Below are positions 1 through 8,873 of a stretch of DNA of 64,000 bases, piece after piece (within the stretch, counting starts at the first letter, position 1; each line of letters opens with the position of its first letter). The stretch lies in assembly GCA_024681775.1 (NCBI GenBank), contig JAILAF010000022.1:80-64079 (forward strand), given 5' to 3'. The position numbers were made by a program, and so were the translations under genes. The notes under the pieces were generated by a model that saw only the letters and a list, made by a program, of their open reading frames with translations, did no database searches and was not told the origin of the DNA. The stretch is from Lachnospiraceae bacterium (lineage in GTDB: Bacteria > Bacillota > Clostridia > Lachnospirales > Lachnospiraceae).

Positions 1-4
1 CGTT

Positions 5-775
5 CTATTTTTTCGATGTGGTAAAGAGGATGGCCATCTCTTCCATGGTAGCGCCGTAGGGAACCTCATAGGTGCCCACCCGGAGTTTGCGGCTGTACCC
101 GTGCTTTTCCAGGTAGGTGTCGAATTCGTCCGCGCTCTCCACGAGGCCCGCATCCTTCACTGCCTTCGCCACGGATTCCGAACCCATACCGCTCCTGATG
201 ACAATGGTGACGGTGCCTTCCTTCGGGAGGTCGTCAGGATCCTCGGTGGGGTCTGTGGGAACTTTGTCCGGGTCGTCGGTGGTATCATCCGGATTAACGT
301 TGGGGGTGTCGGTATCCGCATCGTCCGGGGTAGTATCCTCCGGGGTGACACCAGTGTCATCGCCGCCCGTACCTGTGCCGTCCGGGTTGCTACCTGTGTC
401 ATCGCCGTCCGTATCGTCAGCCGGGGCATCGGCATCTGTGCCTTCCGGATCGCCGCTTCCATCAGGTGCGGTAGCATCCGCGTCGGGGCTCTCCGCATCC
501 TGCGCATCCGTACCTGTATCCGTTCCTTCCGCAGGTTCTTCCTCTGCGCCCTCGCCGGCGGCATCCGCCGCGGTCTCCGCGCTCTCCTGCACGTCCACTG
601 CCTGAGTCAGGCTCATGTTTTCCGGATCCACCATGCCCAGCTCCAGGGCCCGTTCCCGGATCTGGAGATCCGTCATCTCCCCGGAGGAGAGGTGATGGGA
701 CAGGATGAGCATGAGGGCGGCCACAAGGATTCCGATCCCCAGGCCTCTTAGATAGTATCTCAGTTTTGTGCTCAA
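5..775 (-). CDS. Membrane-anchored protein with a long acidic linker and a C-terminal YceG/MltG-like small domain
   Basis: TTG start; N-terminal TM (GLGIGILVAALMLIL); D/T/P/G-rich linker; C-terminal VTIVIRSGMGSESVAKAVKDAGLVESADEFDTYL...LRVGTYEVP resembles the YceG N-terminal module; last gene of the fla/che cluster. Confidence 0.7.
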   Translation of the reverse strand: MSTKLRYYLRGLGIGILVAALMLILSHHLSSGEMTDLQIRERALELGMVDPENMSLTQAVDVQESAETAADAAGEGAEEEPAEGTDTGTDAQDAESPDADATAPDGSGDPEGTDADAPADDTDGDDTGSNPDGTGTGGDDTGVTPEDTTPDDADTDTPNVNPDDTTDDPDKVPTDPTEDPDDLPKEGTVTIVIRSGMGSESVAKAVKDAGLVESADEFDTYLEKHGYSRKLRVGTYEVPYGATMEEMAILFTTSKK

Positions 776-1605
776 ATCCCTTTCCCTCCGTGCAATCCGA
801 TGATGAGGTCCACTTCTCCCACGCCCATGCTCAGCTGCTTGGCGATGGAGACGCTGTCCATACCCTCCTCATGCATGACGAGGATCCGGCGATGGAGTTC
901 GAACTGGGGGAGTTCTTCCGCGCCTGCACCCGGGGCGTTTCCGTCTGCGGGAGCCTGGGGTGCACTGTCCGCATTCCGGGCGGGAGCGCCGCCTGCCTCT
1001 GCTTCCGCTGCAGCCGCCCAGTTCAGGGTCCGGACCTTCCTGCCGCCGGGGAGCTCCTCCACTGCGGGAGGGGTGTTTAAGACGCGGCCTGCGTCCACCG
1101 ATTTTCCGGAGAGTCCGGTGAAGGCGGGGGTAATGACTTTTTCCTGCTTCTCGGGTGCGGGGGCGGCGGCTTCTTCCGCGGCGGCCCGTACCTCCTCCGC
1201 CCGTTCCTCCATGACTCTGGCAGCTTCCCCCGCTTCATTCAGGGTCTGCTTTAAGGTCTCCTGCTTGTCATTGAGCATATCGTAGAGGAACATGACCTCT
1301 TTGTGGTTTTTGTTGATCTCATCCAGGACGGTCTCGGAGTACTCGTTCACGGCCATGATCTTCTCGTTGGAGATGCGCTCCAGACTGCGCTCGGTCTTCT
1401 CCCGGGCGTACTCCACGGCCTCGTCCACCACGTCGTCCACATGGCCCCGCAGCGCATCGATCTCGGTGCCGATGCTCTCCTTCACCTGCTTTTCCACCAG
1501 GGCGCGCACGTCCTCCGTGGCCTCTTCGGTGCGCACGGGAATGAGAAAGCCTGCGGCGGTCACCAGGGCTCCTATGATCAGTAATACGATTTCAAGTGCA
1601 GTCAT
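772..1605 (-). CDS. DUF6115/SwrB-like single-pass membrane protein
   Basis: N-terminal TM, coiled-coil body, C-terminal HTH-like GMDSVSIAKQLSMGVGEVDLII; 4-bp overlap with the next gene; position downstream of fliA. Confidence 0.7.
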   Translation of the reverse strand: MTALEIVLLIIGALVTAAGFLIPVRTEEATEDVRALVEKQVKESIGTEIDALRGHVDDVVDEAVEYAREKTERSLERISNEKIMAVNEYSETVLDEINKNHKEVMFLYDMLNDKQETLKQTLNEAGEAARVMEERAEEVRAAAEEAAAPAPEKQEKVITPAFTGLSGKSVDAGRVLNTPPAVEELPGGRKVRTLNWAAAAEAEAGGAPARNADSAPQAPADGNAPGAGAEELPQFELHRRILVMHEEGMDSVSIAKQLSMGVGEVDLIIGLHGGKGI

Positions 1606-1635
1606 TGGTTGTTAAATCCCCCTAACAAAACGACA

Positions 1636-1667
1636 CTGCAGGAAAGCAATGCATTTCTTTCCTGCAG
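1636..1667. repeat. Intergenic inverted repeat (hairpin)
   Basis: ctgcaggaaag-c-aatgcatt-t-ctttcctgcag; 11-bp perfect arms; no clear U-tract. Confidence 0.7.
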
Positions 1668-1669
1668 CA

Positions 1670-1978
1670 CTAGATCTTCAGATCAAATCCGGAGGACTGA
1701 CCCTTGATGATGACCCGGTCCTCGTCCTCCTTCCGCTGGCGGCGGCGCTTGCCCCCGTCTCCGGAATATTCATTGGCGCCCTTCTCGGAAGCATCCTGCC
1801 GCTTGTCGTTCCATCTGCTCTCGTCAGCGTGGACCACTTCGGTGGATTTCGCATCGTTTTCCTTCTGCGTCTCCTGCGCGATGGACAGCTGCTCCGCCTG
1901 GGGGCGATTTTCCTCATTTTGCCTGATAATACTGAAATCCTGCGATCTGGCGATCGGTGTGATCTCTAATCCTGCCAT
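1670..1978 (-). CDS. Small charged hypothetical protein of the flagellar cluster
   Basis: 102-aa ORF with GGAGG RBS; ends in a DLKI motif; co-oriented within the operon. Confidence 0.75.
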   Translation of the reverse strand: MAGLEITPIARSQDFSIIRQNEENRPQAEQLSIAQETQKENDAKSTEVVHADESRWNDKRQDASEKGANEYSGDGGKRRRQRKEDEDRVIIKGQSSGFDLKI

Positions 1979-1994
1979 CTGTACACCTCCCGGA

Positions 1995-3584
1995 TTATAG
2001 AGGAAGCATCTTCACGTCGCCGGCAACTTTGGCGAATTTACAGTAGCGGTAGCTGGACTGGATCGTCATGGACAGATCGCCGATGACGATAGTGGTGCCG
2101 GGATAGACCTCGCCGGTGACCCGGACCTCGGACTTCTTATCGGGATCAAAGATGGCGGAGAGCTCCTTGAGTTCCTCGTTCTTCGCAGTGAGTTCGTTCT
2201 TCTTCACCTCAATGGTGGCCACCATCTGCTTGACGTAGTTCAGCTGGTCCTCGGAGAAACGGGCGCCCTTGGCCTTTTTCTCCATGAAGTTCTGGACGAT
2301 GGGCTGGGCGTTCTTGATGACGGCTACGGTCTCCGCGATCTCCTTCTGGAGCATGGTGTAGCGGGCCTTCAGCTTGGGATTGGTACCCACCTCCACGATG
2401 GTGCTGGCGCCCATCTCCGCACCCAGGGTACGGACCTCCACCAGGGAGTCCGCCTGGACCTTGCCGCCGGTGATGAATCCGTGCTTGCCGGTGACGGTGA
2501 TCTCGGTTCCGGAGGTGACATTGCTGTGGAGGATGGACTCGGTACTGACGTACCCTTCCGCTTCCACGGTGGCATTCTCGATGAATTTCGATACCACATT
2601 GCCGCCGGCGATGAGGATGCCCTTGGACATGCCCTTCATGCCCTTGGAGATGATGATATTGCCGCCTGCCTCGACTCTGGCGCCTTCCACCACACCCTTG
2701 ACGATGACGTCACCCGTGGCCTTCACAACGAAATTGGTGTCGATATTTCCGTTTACCTGGACACTGCCGTTAAAGTCGATGTTGCCGGTGGCGGTGCCCA
2801 CGTTCTCTACTTCATAGACATTGGAGACGAAGACCTGCCCGCCCACCAAAGTGACATGTCCGTCAACATTGGAGATGAGGCTCAAGCGATCCTCGGACAG
2901 GGTGATATTGGCGCCGTGCTCTAAGCGGGCGCGCTTTACCTCTCTGGGCTTTAAGCGGTTGCCCTGGAGGTTCATGCCGTACTCGCCCTCATCCGCGGGG
3001 ATGATCCGGGCCAGGACCTGCCCCTTGGAGCAGGGTCGCACCAGGTTCAGGCTGAAGAAGTCCACGGTGCCGTCTTCCTTCACGTCGGGCTTCGCATCCA
3101 CGTTGGTATCGAAATAGTACTCGATCCGGGCGTCGGTGCCATGGCGGGGCGGCTTGCCGACCGCGATGGGCAGATTAAAGCAATAGTACCCGGCGCTGTT
3201 AAAATGCTGATCGATGATCTTGTCCTGGAGTCCGAAGCGGATATTCCGGAAAGGCATATCGTTTTTGAACTCGGCAGCGCTCATACGCTCTCCGGTATCG
3301 GAGGGCGGGAAAAAGCGGGCGAAGGCTTTCATGTTATCCTCGGAGACATTCAGGACATAGGTCTCCCGGATGGCGGGGCACTCTCCGCTTCCCAGCGGTA
3401 CCACCACTTCCTCGCCCTTATCCGCAGCTTCCTTCAGAACCTTCAGATCGTAGTTCAGATTGTGGGTATCCAGGTAGTTCATGACCTCCTGGATGTTGAT
3501 CCCCTCGCCGCCGTCCACGGGCGCAAAGAACTTGATCCCGTAGCCGTCCGACGTTTTTACGACCTTGAAAAACGCATTTTTCAT
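1995..3584 (-). CDS. fapA: FapA family (DUF342) flagellar assembly protein
   Basis: Start reassigned to MKNAFFKVV (ATG at 3584). Motifs VGKPPRHGTDARIEYYF, GTVDFFSLN, VENVGTATGNIDFNGSVQVNG and beta-helix repeats are typical of DUF342. Confidence 0.9.
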   Translation of the reverse strand: MKNAFFKVVKTSDGYGIKFFAPVDGGEGINIQEVMNYLDTHNLNYDLKVLKEAADKGEEVVVPLGSGECPAIRETYVLNVSEDNMKAFARFFPPSDTGERMSAAEFKNDMPFRNIRFGLQDKIIDQHFNSAGYYCFNLPIAVGKPPRHGTDARIEYYFDTNVDAKPDVKEDGTVDFFSLNLVRPCSKGQVLARIIPADEGEYGMNLQGNRLKPREVKRARLEHGANITLSEDRLSLISNVDGHVTLVGGQVFVSNVYEVENVGTATGNIDFNGSVQVNGNIDTNFVVKATGDVIVKGVVEGARVEAGGNIIISKGMKGMSKGILIAGGNVVSKFIENATVEAEGYVSTESILHSNVTSGTEITVTGKHGFITGGKVQADSLVEVRTLGAEMGASTIVEVGTNPKLKARYTMLQKEIAETVAVIKNAQPIVQNFMEKKAKGARFSEDQLNYVKQMVATIEVKKNELTAKNEELKELSAIFDPDKKSEVRVTGEVYPGTTIVIGDLSMTIQSSYRYCKFAKVAGDVKMLPL

Positions 3585-3612
3585 ACTCCATCCCCCAAAT
3601 ATATAGCTTTTT

Positions 3613-3870
3613 TGCCGCTTTGGCGTAGCCAAACGTGCAGTCGAAGCGAAGCTGCGCAGCCATTTGTGTGCCGCTTTGGCGCAGCCAAACGTGCAGTCGA
3701 AGCGAAGCTTCACTGCGTCACTAATGGCGCAGCCATTTGTGTGCCGCTTTGGCGCAGCCAAACGTGCAGTCGAAGCGAAGCTGCGCAGCCATTTGTGTGC
3801 CGCTTTGGCGTAGCTAAACGTGCAGTCGAAGCGAAGCTTCACTGCGTCACTAATGGCGCAGCCATTTGTG
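3613..3870. repeat. Tandem array of four alternating 56/73-bp hairpin units (two 129-bp super-units)
   Basis: Units 3613-3668, 3669-3741, 3742-3797, 3798-3870 share tgccgctttggcg(t/c)agc(c/t)aaacgtgcagtcgaagcgaagct and gcgcagccatttgtg. The long units carry an extra tcactgcgtcactaatg. Confidence 0.97.
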
Positions 3871-3871
3871 A

Positions 3872-4648
3872 CTAGTCCCCAGTAAATACGTTCATATAAG
3901 GTCCCATGACTTTCTTCATCTTCCCCAGCGCTCTGGTGTGGAGCTGGGAAATGCGGGACTCGGAGACCTCCAGCACATTGGCGATCTCCTTTAGGGTCAG
4001 CTCCTCGTAGTAGTAGAGGGTGATGACCTTCTGTTCCTTCTCGGTCAGGGTCTGCAGAGCCTCACCCAGCTTCGCGGTGAGCTCCTGTTTTTCGATGTTC
4101 TCTTCGGGCCCGACGAAGCGGGCGGTGGTGCTGCTTTCGGAGGCCGCTGCGGAGACATCGCTTCCGGAATCCATAAATTCATCCAATGAAACGAGACCGG
4201 TTATCTTCATGGAAGAGAGCCAGTCTACGTATTCTTCATCGGTTATGCCAAGCTCCTGCGCGATCTCCTCGTCGGTGGCCACATGCCCCTTCTCGGCCTC
4301 GATCTTTTTCATGGCCTCATCGATCTGCTTTTGCTTGTTGCGCACGGTGCGCGGGATCCAGTCCATCTTGCGGATCTGGTCCAGGATGGAGCCGCGGATC
4401 CGGAGGCTGGCGTAGGTTTCGAACTTGACGTTCATCCCCAGGTCGAACTTGTCGATGGCATCGATGAGACCGAAGATCCCGTAGCTGCACAGGTCCTCGT
4501 ACTCCACATTGTGTCCCAGATACATGGACAGACGGCCCGCCACCAGCTTCACAAGGGGAGCATATTCCAGGATCATCTTCTCCCGCAGCTCGGGGGATTT
4601 GGTCTTGTCATAATCCTCTATTAACTTGCGCCTTGCAGCATCATCCAT
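3872..4648 (-). CDS. fliA: FliA/SigD (sigma-28) RNA polymerase sigma factor
   Basis: EDLCSYGIFGLIDAIDKFD, FETYASLRIRGSILDQIRKMDW and ELTLKEIANVLEVSESRISQLH regions. Confidence 0.97.
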   Translation of the reverse strand: MDDAARRKLIEDYDKTKSPELREKMILEYAPLVKLVAGRLSMYLGHNVEYEDLCSYGIFGLIDAIDKFDLGMNVKFETYASLRIRGSILDQIRKMDWIPRTVRNKQKQIDEAMKKIEAEKGHVATDEEIAQELGITDEEYVDWLSSMKITGLVSLDEFMDSGSDVSAAASESSTTARFVGPEENIEKQELTAKLGEALQTLTEKEQKVITLYYYEELTLKEIANVLEVSESRISQLHTRALGKMKKVMGPYMNVFTGD

Positions 4649-4670
4649 GTGCCGGTTACTCCTTTACCCC

Positions 4671-4961
4671 TCACAGTTCTTCGGATGTATCTGAAGGCTC
4701 CCCTTCCCCGGAGGGACCCGCCACGGATTCTTCGGATTCCTTCTCGATGACGTCATCCGGCGGGAGGGCAGCTTCTTCGTTTTCTTTGTCGAACTTGTTG
4801 AGAAACCAAACGATCACAGTACCGATGCAATAAAACACGAAAAGAACAGCAAAAAGACTCCCCAGTTTTCCGGGGATGCTGTAATCCTTCAAAAAGGTGA
4901 TCACCACGGTCACTAACCCGGCGACCAGCATCAAGATCAAAGGTAAGCTTTTGCGGTTCAT
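4671..4961 (-). CDS. Small two-TM hypothetical membrane protein
   Basis: Start MNRKSLPLIL at 4961 with a TGATG overlap with cheD; two hydrophobic helices and an acidic tail. Confidence 0.8.
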   Translation of the reverse strand: MNRKSLPLILMLVAGLVTVVITFLKDYSIPGKLGSLFAVLFVFYCIGTVIVWFLNKFDKENEEAALPPDDVIEKESEESVAGPSGEGEPSDTSEEL

Positions 4962-5449
4962 CAGATGGTCTTTTCTCCCTTTCCTACAGACTTGATCACA
5001 TAATCGCCCGTCTCCGGGTAAAAGACCACGGTGCGGCCGTAATTCAAGCCGCAATCCTCCGAAAGGATTGGAATCTTCAGCTCTGCGAGCTTTTGCTTCA
5101 CGGCTTCCACGTTGCGCTCGCCCACCTGGATGTTGCCGGCCTTGGACTGAAATGCGAACATCATGGCACCGCCGGCGATCTTAGCAACCATTCTCCGGCG
5201 TACGGCGCCCAGGGCTTCCATCTGTTTGACCAGCTCATCGATCCCGGTATCCGCGAACTTTGCCAAGTTCATCTGGGCAAGGTTCACCGCGGTGGAATCG
5301 GGCAACATGATATGGGCCAGTCCGCCGACCTTATTGGTGGTATCCCGAAGTGCGATACCCACACAGGAGCCAAGGCCCAGAGTTGTTATTCCATTGGGAG
5401 GCAGGCAGGTTTTTAAATCTGCCATTCCAACTTTGATTATTTCACTCAT
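4961..5449 (-). CDS. cheD: Chemoreceptor glutamine deamidase CheD
   Basis: TLGLGSCVGIAL, GGLAHIMLP, KFADTG, AKIAGGA motifs; start MSEIIKVG. Confidence 0.97.
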   Translation of the reverse strand: MSEIIKVGMADLKTCLPPNGITTLGLGSCVGIALRDTTNKVGGLAHIMLPDSTAVNLAQMNLAKFADTGIDELVKQMEALGAVRRRMVAKIAGGAMMFAFQSKAGNIQVGERNVEAVKQKLAELKIPILSEDCGLNYGRTVVFYPETGDYVIKSVGKGEKTI

Positions 5450-5477
5450 ATGCACTTCCCTGTCAGTAATCCCAACG

Positions 5478-5517
5478 AGCGCATTTCTTCATCCTAAGAC
5501 GCAGGGATGCGCTTCGC
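5478..5517. repeat. Short intergenic hairpin element between cheC and cheD
   Basis: agcgcat (5478-5484)/atgcgct (5507-5513) arms; contains aagacgcag and gcttcgc, both seen in other intergenic elements. Confidence 0.55.
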
Positions 5518-5557
5518 CGGTCCGGTTATCCTGCAGTTGTCTGGTAGCTGGTAGTCG

Positions 5558-6181
5558 TTAAACAGGCATACCCAATGCGCCAAGGATCTTCTGATAAGAG
5601 TCGATATCGGGCACGAGGATAAAGTATCCGTCGATCTCCACCTCATCAAAGAACTGAGACTGGATCATGAGGATATTGTCTCCGTAGATACCGAACTCCA
5701 CAGCGGGTACGCTGAGGATTGCGCCGGCCATATCAACGGTCAGTGCCGGCGGGGAGGGATAAATGCACAAATTGGTCAGGGTGGACAGGGAGTTCAGGTA
5801 AGCACCGGTAATGATGTTACCGATCTCCTTCATGGCGGAGAGCTCCATCTCGGAGAACTCCTCACTTTCGGGATTGCCCATACCCATCATCACCTTGTTG
5901 ATCAGGTGCTTTGCACTCTTCTGCTCTACCAGGAACAGCATGCTCCCGGTGATATCACCCTCGACGCCGAGGAACACACCTACCATGATCTGTTCCTCGC
6001 CGCCCATGGCCTGGCCGACCTCGTTGAACTCTAGGAGCTCGACCTGGGGGACATGCATGTCCACCTTGGTCCCAAGCATCTGGGACAAGGCGGTCATGGC
6101 ATTCCCGGCACCGATGTTTCCGATTTCCTTCAGAACATCGAAATAGGTCTCTGTTACCTTCTCAAGTGTTAATTCACCCAT
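5558..6181 (-). CDS. cheC: CheY-P phosphatase CheC
   Basis: DVLKEIGNIGAGNAMTALS and SAMKEIGNIITGAYLNSL CheC repeats. Confidence 0.96.
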   Translation of the reverse strand: MGELTLEKVTETYFDVLKEIGNIGAGNAMTALSQMLGTKVDMHVPQVELLEFNEVGQAMGGEEQIMVGVFLGVEGDITGSMLFLVEQKSAKHLINKVMMGMGNPESEEFSEMELSAMKEIGNIITGAYLNSLSTLTNLCIYPSPPALTVDMAGAILSVPAVEFGIYGDNILMIQSQFFDEVEIDGYFILVPDIDSYQKILGALGMPV

Positions 6182-6194
6182 AGGAGATCCTCTT

Positions 6195-6701
6195 TTAATT
6201 GTCTTCCAGGTTGATGACGGACAGGTCCAGCAGGGAGATCAGCTGATCTCCGTTCTTGCCGACGCCGCTGACGTAGATAGGGCGATCGCTTCTGCCGTCA
6301 TGGGATACTTTTTCGATCTGGTCCACAGCGAGCTTTACGACTTCCTTGACCTCGTCGACGATGACGCCGACGCTGCCCTCCTCCGGATCCACTTTCAGGA
6401 TGAGGATACGGCTGTCTCTGGTGATCTCGTCAGCCTCCAGGCCCATCTTCAGGCGCAGGCTCATGACGGGAATGACTTCACCTCTCAGATTGATGACGCC
6501 CTTCAGGTACTCGGGTACCTTGGGGACTCTGGTCACATGCTGCATACGAACGATGTTGTCGATAAAGTTGATATCGATGCCGTATTCCTCATCTCCCAGA
6601 CGGATCACGATATATTGAAGCATTTCGGTAACAATCTTGGTCTCATCGCCGTCTGCGGGCAGATTGGCGAGATTTCCACTGGTATTAGATAACTGTTCCA
6701 T
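6195..6701 (-). CDS. cheW: Chemotaxis coupling protein CheW
   Basis: FRLGDEEYGI-like segment and TRVPKVPEYLKGVINLRGEVIPV. Confidence 0.97.
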   Translation of the reverse strand: MEQLSNTSGNLANLPADGDETKIVTEMLQYIVIRLGDEEYGIDINFIDNIVRMQHVTRVPKVPEYLKGVINLRGEVIPVMSLRLKMGLEADEITRDSRILILKVDPEEGSVGVIVDEVKEVVKLAVDQIEKVSHDGRSDRPIYVSGVGKNGDQLISLLDLSVINLEDN

Positions 6702-6714
6702 GAATTACTCCTCC

Positions 6715-8829
6715 TTATAACAAAGCGTTGACATCCAGGATCAGTGCAACTTCACCGTCGCCGAGGATGGTGGCACCGCTGATGAATTTAGCATGCTTGA
6801 TGTACTTGCCAAGGGACTTGATGACGATCTCCTGCTGGCCCATCAGCTCGTCGATGATGAGGCCGGCCATCTTATCGCCCTTCTTTACGATAACGACTAC
6901 CATTGCGCCGTCGTCGCTTGCTTTGCTTTCATTCTCAAGCACTTTGTTCAGGCGGATCAGAGGGATCACGGTACCGCGGAGGTTGATGACTTCCTCGTTC
7001 TGAACGTACTTGATGTCGGAGTTGTGAATGGTCTCGATGGTCTCGATGGAAGCCAGGGAGATGGCGTATTTCTCGCCGCCCACAACAACCATCAGGGACT
7101 GGATGATGGCCAGGGTCAGAGGCAGGCGGATGGTCCAGGTGGATCCCACGCCCAGCTGGCTCTTGACGCTGACTTCACCGCTGAGGGCTTCGATGTTGGA
7201 ACGGACCACGTCCAGACCAACGCCTCTGCCGGAGATGTCGCTGACCTTCTTGGCGGTGGAGAAGCCGGGCAGGAACAGCAGGTTGATGATCTCCTGCTCG
7301 TTCATGGTAGCTGCCTGCTCGGGAGTGATGATACCGCGCTCGATGGCCTTGCTCTTAACGATCTCGGGATCGATTCCGTTACCGTCATCTCTCACCTGGA
7401 TGATGACGTTATTGCCCTCCTGGAATGCATCCAGGAAAATGGATCCTACGGGAGGCTTACCGCGCTCTGCACGGACCTCTGCGCTCTCCAGACCATGGTC
7501 TGCGGAGTTACGCAGCAGATGCATCAGAGGATCGCCGATCTGGTCCACCACAGTACGGTCCAGCTCGGTGTCTTCACCGGTCATGTACAGCTCCATCTTC
7601 TTATTCAGGGACTTGGAAAGATCTCTGATCATACGAGGGAACTTGCTGACGGTGCTCTCGATGGGCACCATTCGAACCTTCATGACGGACTCATGCAGGT
7701 TGGTGGTAACGCTCTCGAGGTACTCGATCTGCTCGTTGAATGAAGCGGAGTTGGTATTGCCGGAAGCGTTGTTGCCGGTAGATGCGGAAACAAGGCTGTT
7801 CTTTGCAATGATCAGCTCGCTGACCAGGTTCATCAGGCTGTCCAGCTTCTCGATGTCCACACGGATGGTCTTGGTGGCGATGGGCTTGGATGCCTTCTTG
7901 TCGTTGTGTTTTGCGGGTGCTGCGGATGCAGCTGCGGGAGCGGGTGCGGTGGTGGCAGCGGCTGCGGGTGCTGCGGATACGCTTGCCTCCTCTGCAGCGG
8001 GTGCTGCTTCCTCTTCCACATCGGCTGTCTTGATCTTGTCGAAGTCAAGGGGTGCGCCGGTGACCTTGGCGATCTCGGAGACTGCGGATGCGGCTGCGAT
8101 CAGCTCCTCCACGGGAGCGTCGCTGGCAACCACCAGAGTAAAGTCGAGATCGAACTTCTCGTCCTCGATGTCCTGGGTCGGAGGATCGGATACCAGGATC
8201 TCGCCCTTCTCCTCCAGAGCCTTCAGTACCAGGAATGCACGGGCTGCCTTCAGCACGCAGTCCGCATTGATCTCGACGTTCAGACCGTAGACCTTCTTGC
8301 CGGACTTTAAGACTTCCTGCATCACACTGACCTGGCTCTCGTCAAAGGCGATATGGTTCCACTTCTCACCGTCTGCTGCGGAAGCGGCTGCCTCGGGAGC
8401 TGCCTCCTTGGGTGCCTCTGCTGCAGGTGCGGGAGCTGCGCCGCCCTTGGAATTACGGATCTCGTTCAGCTTCTTGATGATGGGCTCGTTGTCATTGGTA
8501 CCCTCATCGGAAGTGTTGCGGATATTATCGGTATACTCCTGGAGTGCATCGAGGCACTGGAACAGAGTGTCGATCATATCGGGCATCACTTTGATGGCGC
8601 CGGTACGGACGTCAGAGAACACGTTCTCCATGTCATGGGTCAGAGCCTGCATTCTCTTGTAGCCCATGGTGCCTGCCATGCCCTTCATGGAATGTGCGGC
8701 ACGGAAGATCTCGTTCACGGTGTCCATATCGTCCGGATTCTGTTCCAGATTCAGGATCTGCGTGTTGAGATTCTGCAAATGCTCGTTTGTTTCGTCGAGA
8801 AAGATCTCAAGATATTGGCTGACATCCAT
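6715..8829 (-). CDS. cheA: Chemotaxis histidine kinase CheA
   Basis: Hpt IFRAAHSMKGMA, P2 domain, HLLRNSADHG, DDGNGID, GRGVGLDVV, C-terminal CheW-like domain. Confidence 0.98.
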   Translation of the reverse strand: MDVSQYLEIFLDETNEHLQNLNTQILNLEQNPDDMDTVNEIFRAAHSMKGMAGTMGYKRMQALTHDMENVFSDVRTGAIKVMPDMIDTLFQCLDALQEYTDNIRNTSDEGTNDNEPIIKKLNEIRNSKGGAAPAPAAEAPKEAAPEAAASAADGEKWNHIAFDESQVSVMQEVLKSGKKVYGLNVEINADCVLKAARAFLVLKALEEKGEILVSDPPTQDIEDEKFDLDFTLVVASDAPVEELIAAASAVSEIAKVTGAPLDFDKIKTADVEEEAAPAAEEASVSAAPAAAATTAPAPAAASAAPAKHNDKKASKPIATKTIRVDIEKLDSLMNLVSELIIAKNSLVSASTGNNASGNTNSASFNEQIEYLESVTTNLHESVMKVRMVPIESTVSKFPRMIRDLSKSLNKKMELYMTGEDTELDRTVVDQIGDPLMHLLRNSADHGLESAEVRAERGKPPVGSIFLDAFQEGNNVIIQVRDDGNGIDPEIVKSKAIERGIITPEQAATMNEQEIINLLFLPGFSTAKKVSDISGRGVGLDVVRSNIEALSGEVSVKSQLGVGSTWTIRLPLTLAIIQSLMVVVGGEKYAISLASIETIETIHNSDIKYVQNEEVINLRGTVIPLIRLNKVLENESKASDDGAMVVVIVKKGDKMAGLIIDELMGQQEIVIKSLGKYIKHAKFISGATILGDGEVALILDVNALL

Positions 8830-8873
8830 AATTCATTCCTCCATTCCATTCCCCGAACACCGGAGAACTGTTA

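Noticed and set aside
3613-3870. CRISPR array
   Set aside because: The intervening segments are not unique (they share gcgcagccatttgtg and repeat with the super-unit), and no cas genes are in the window.
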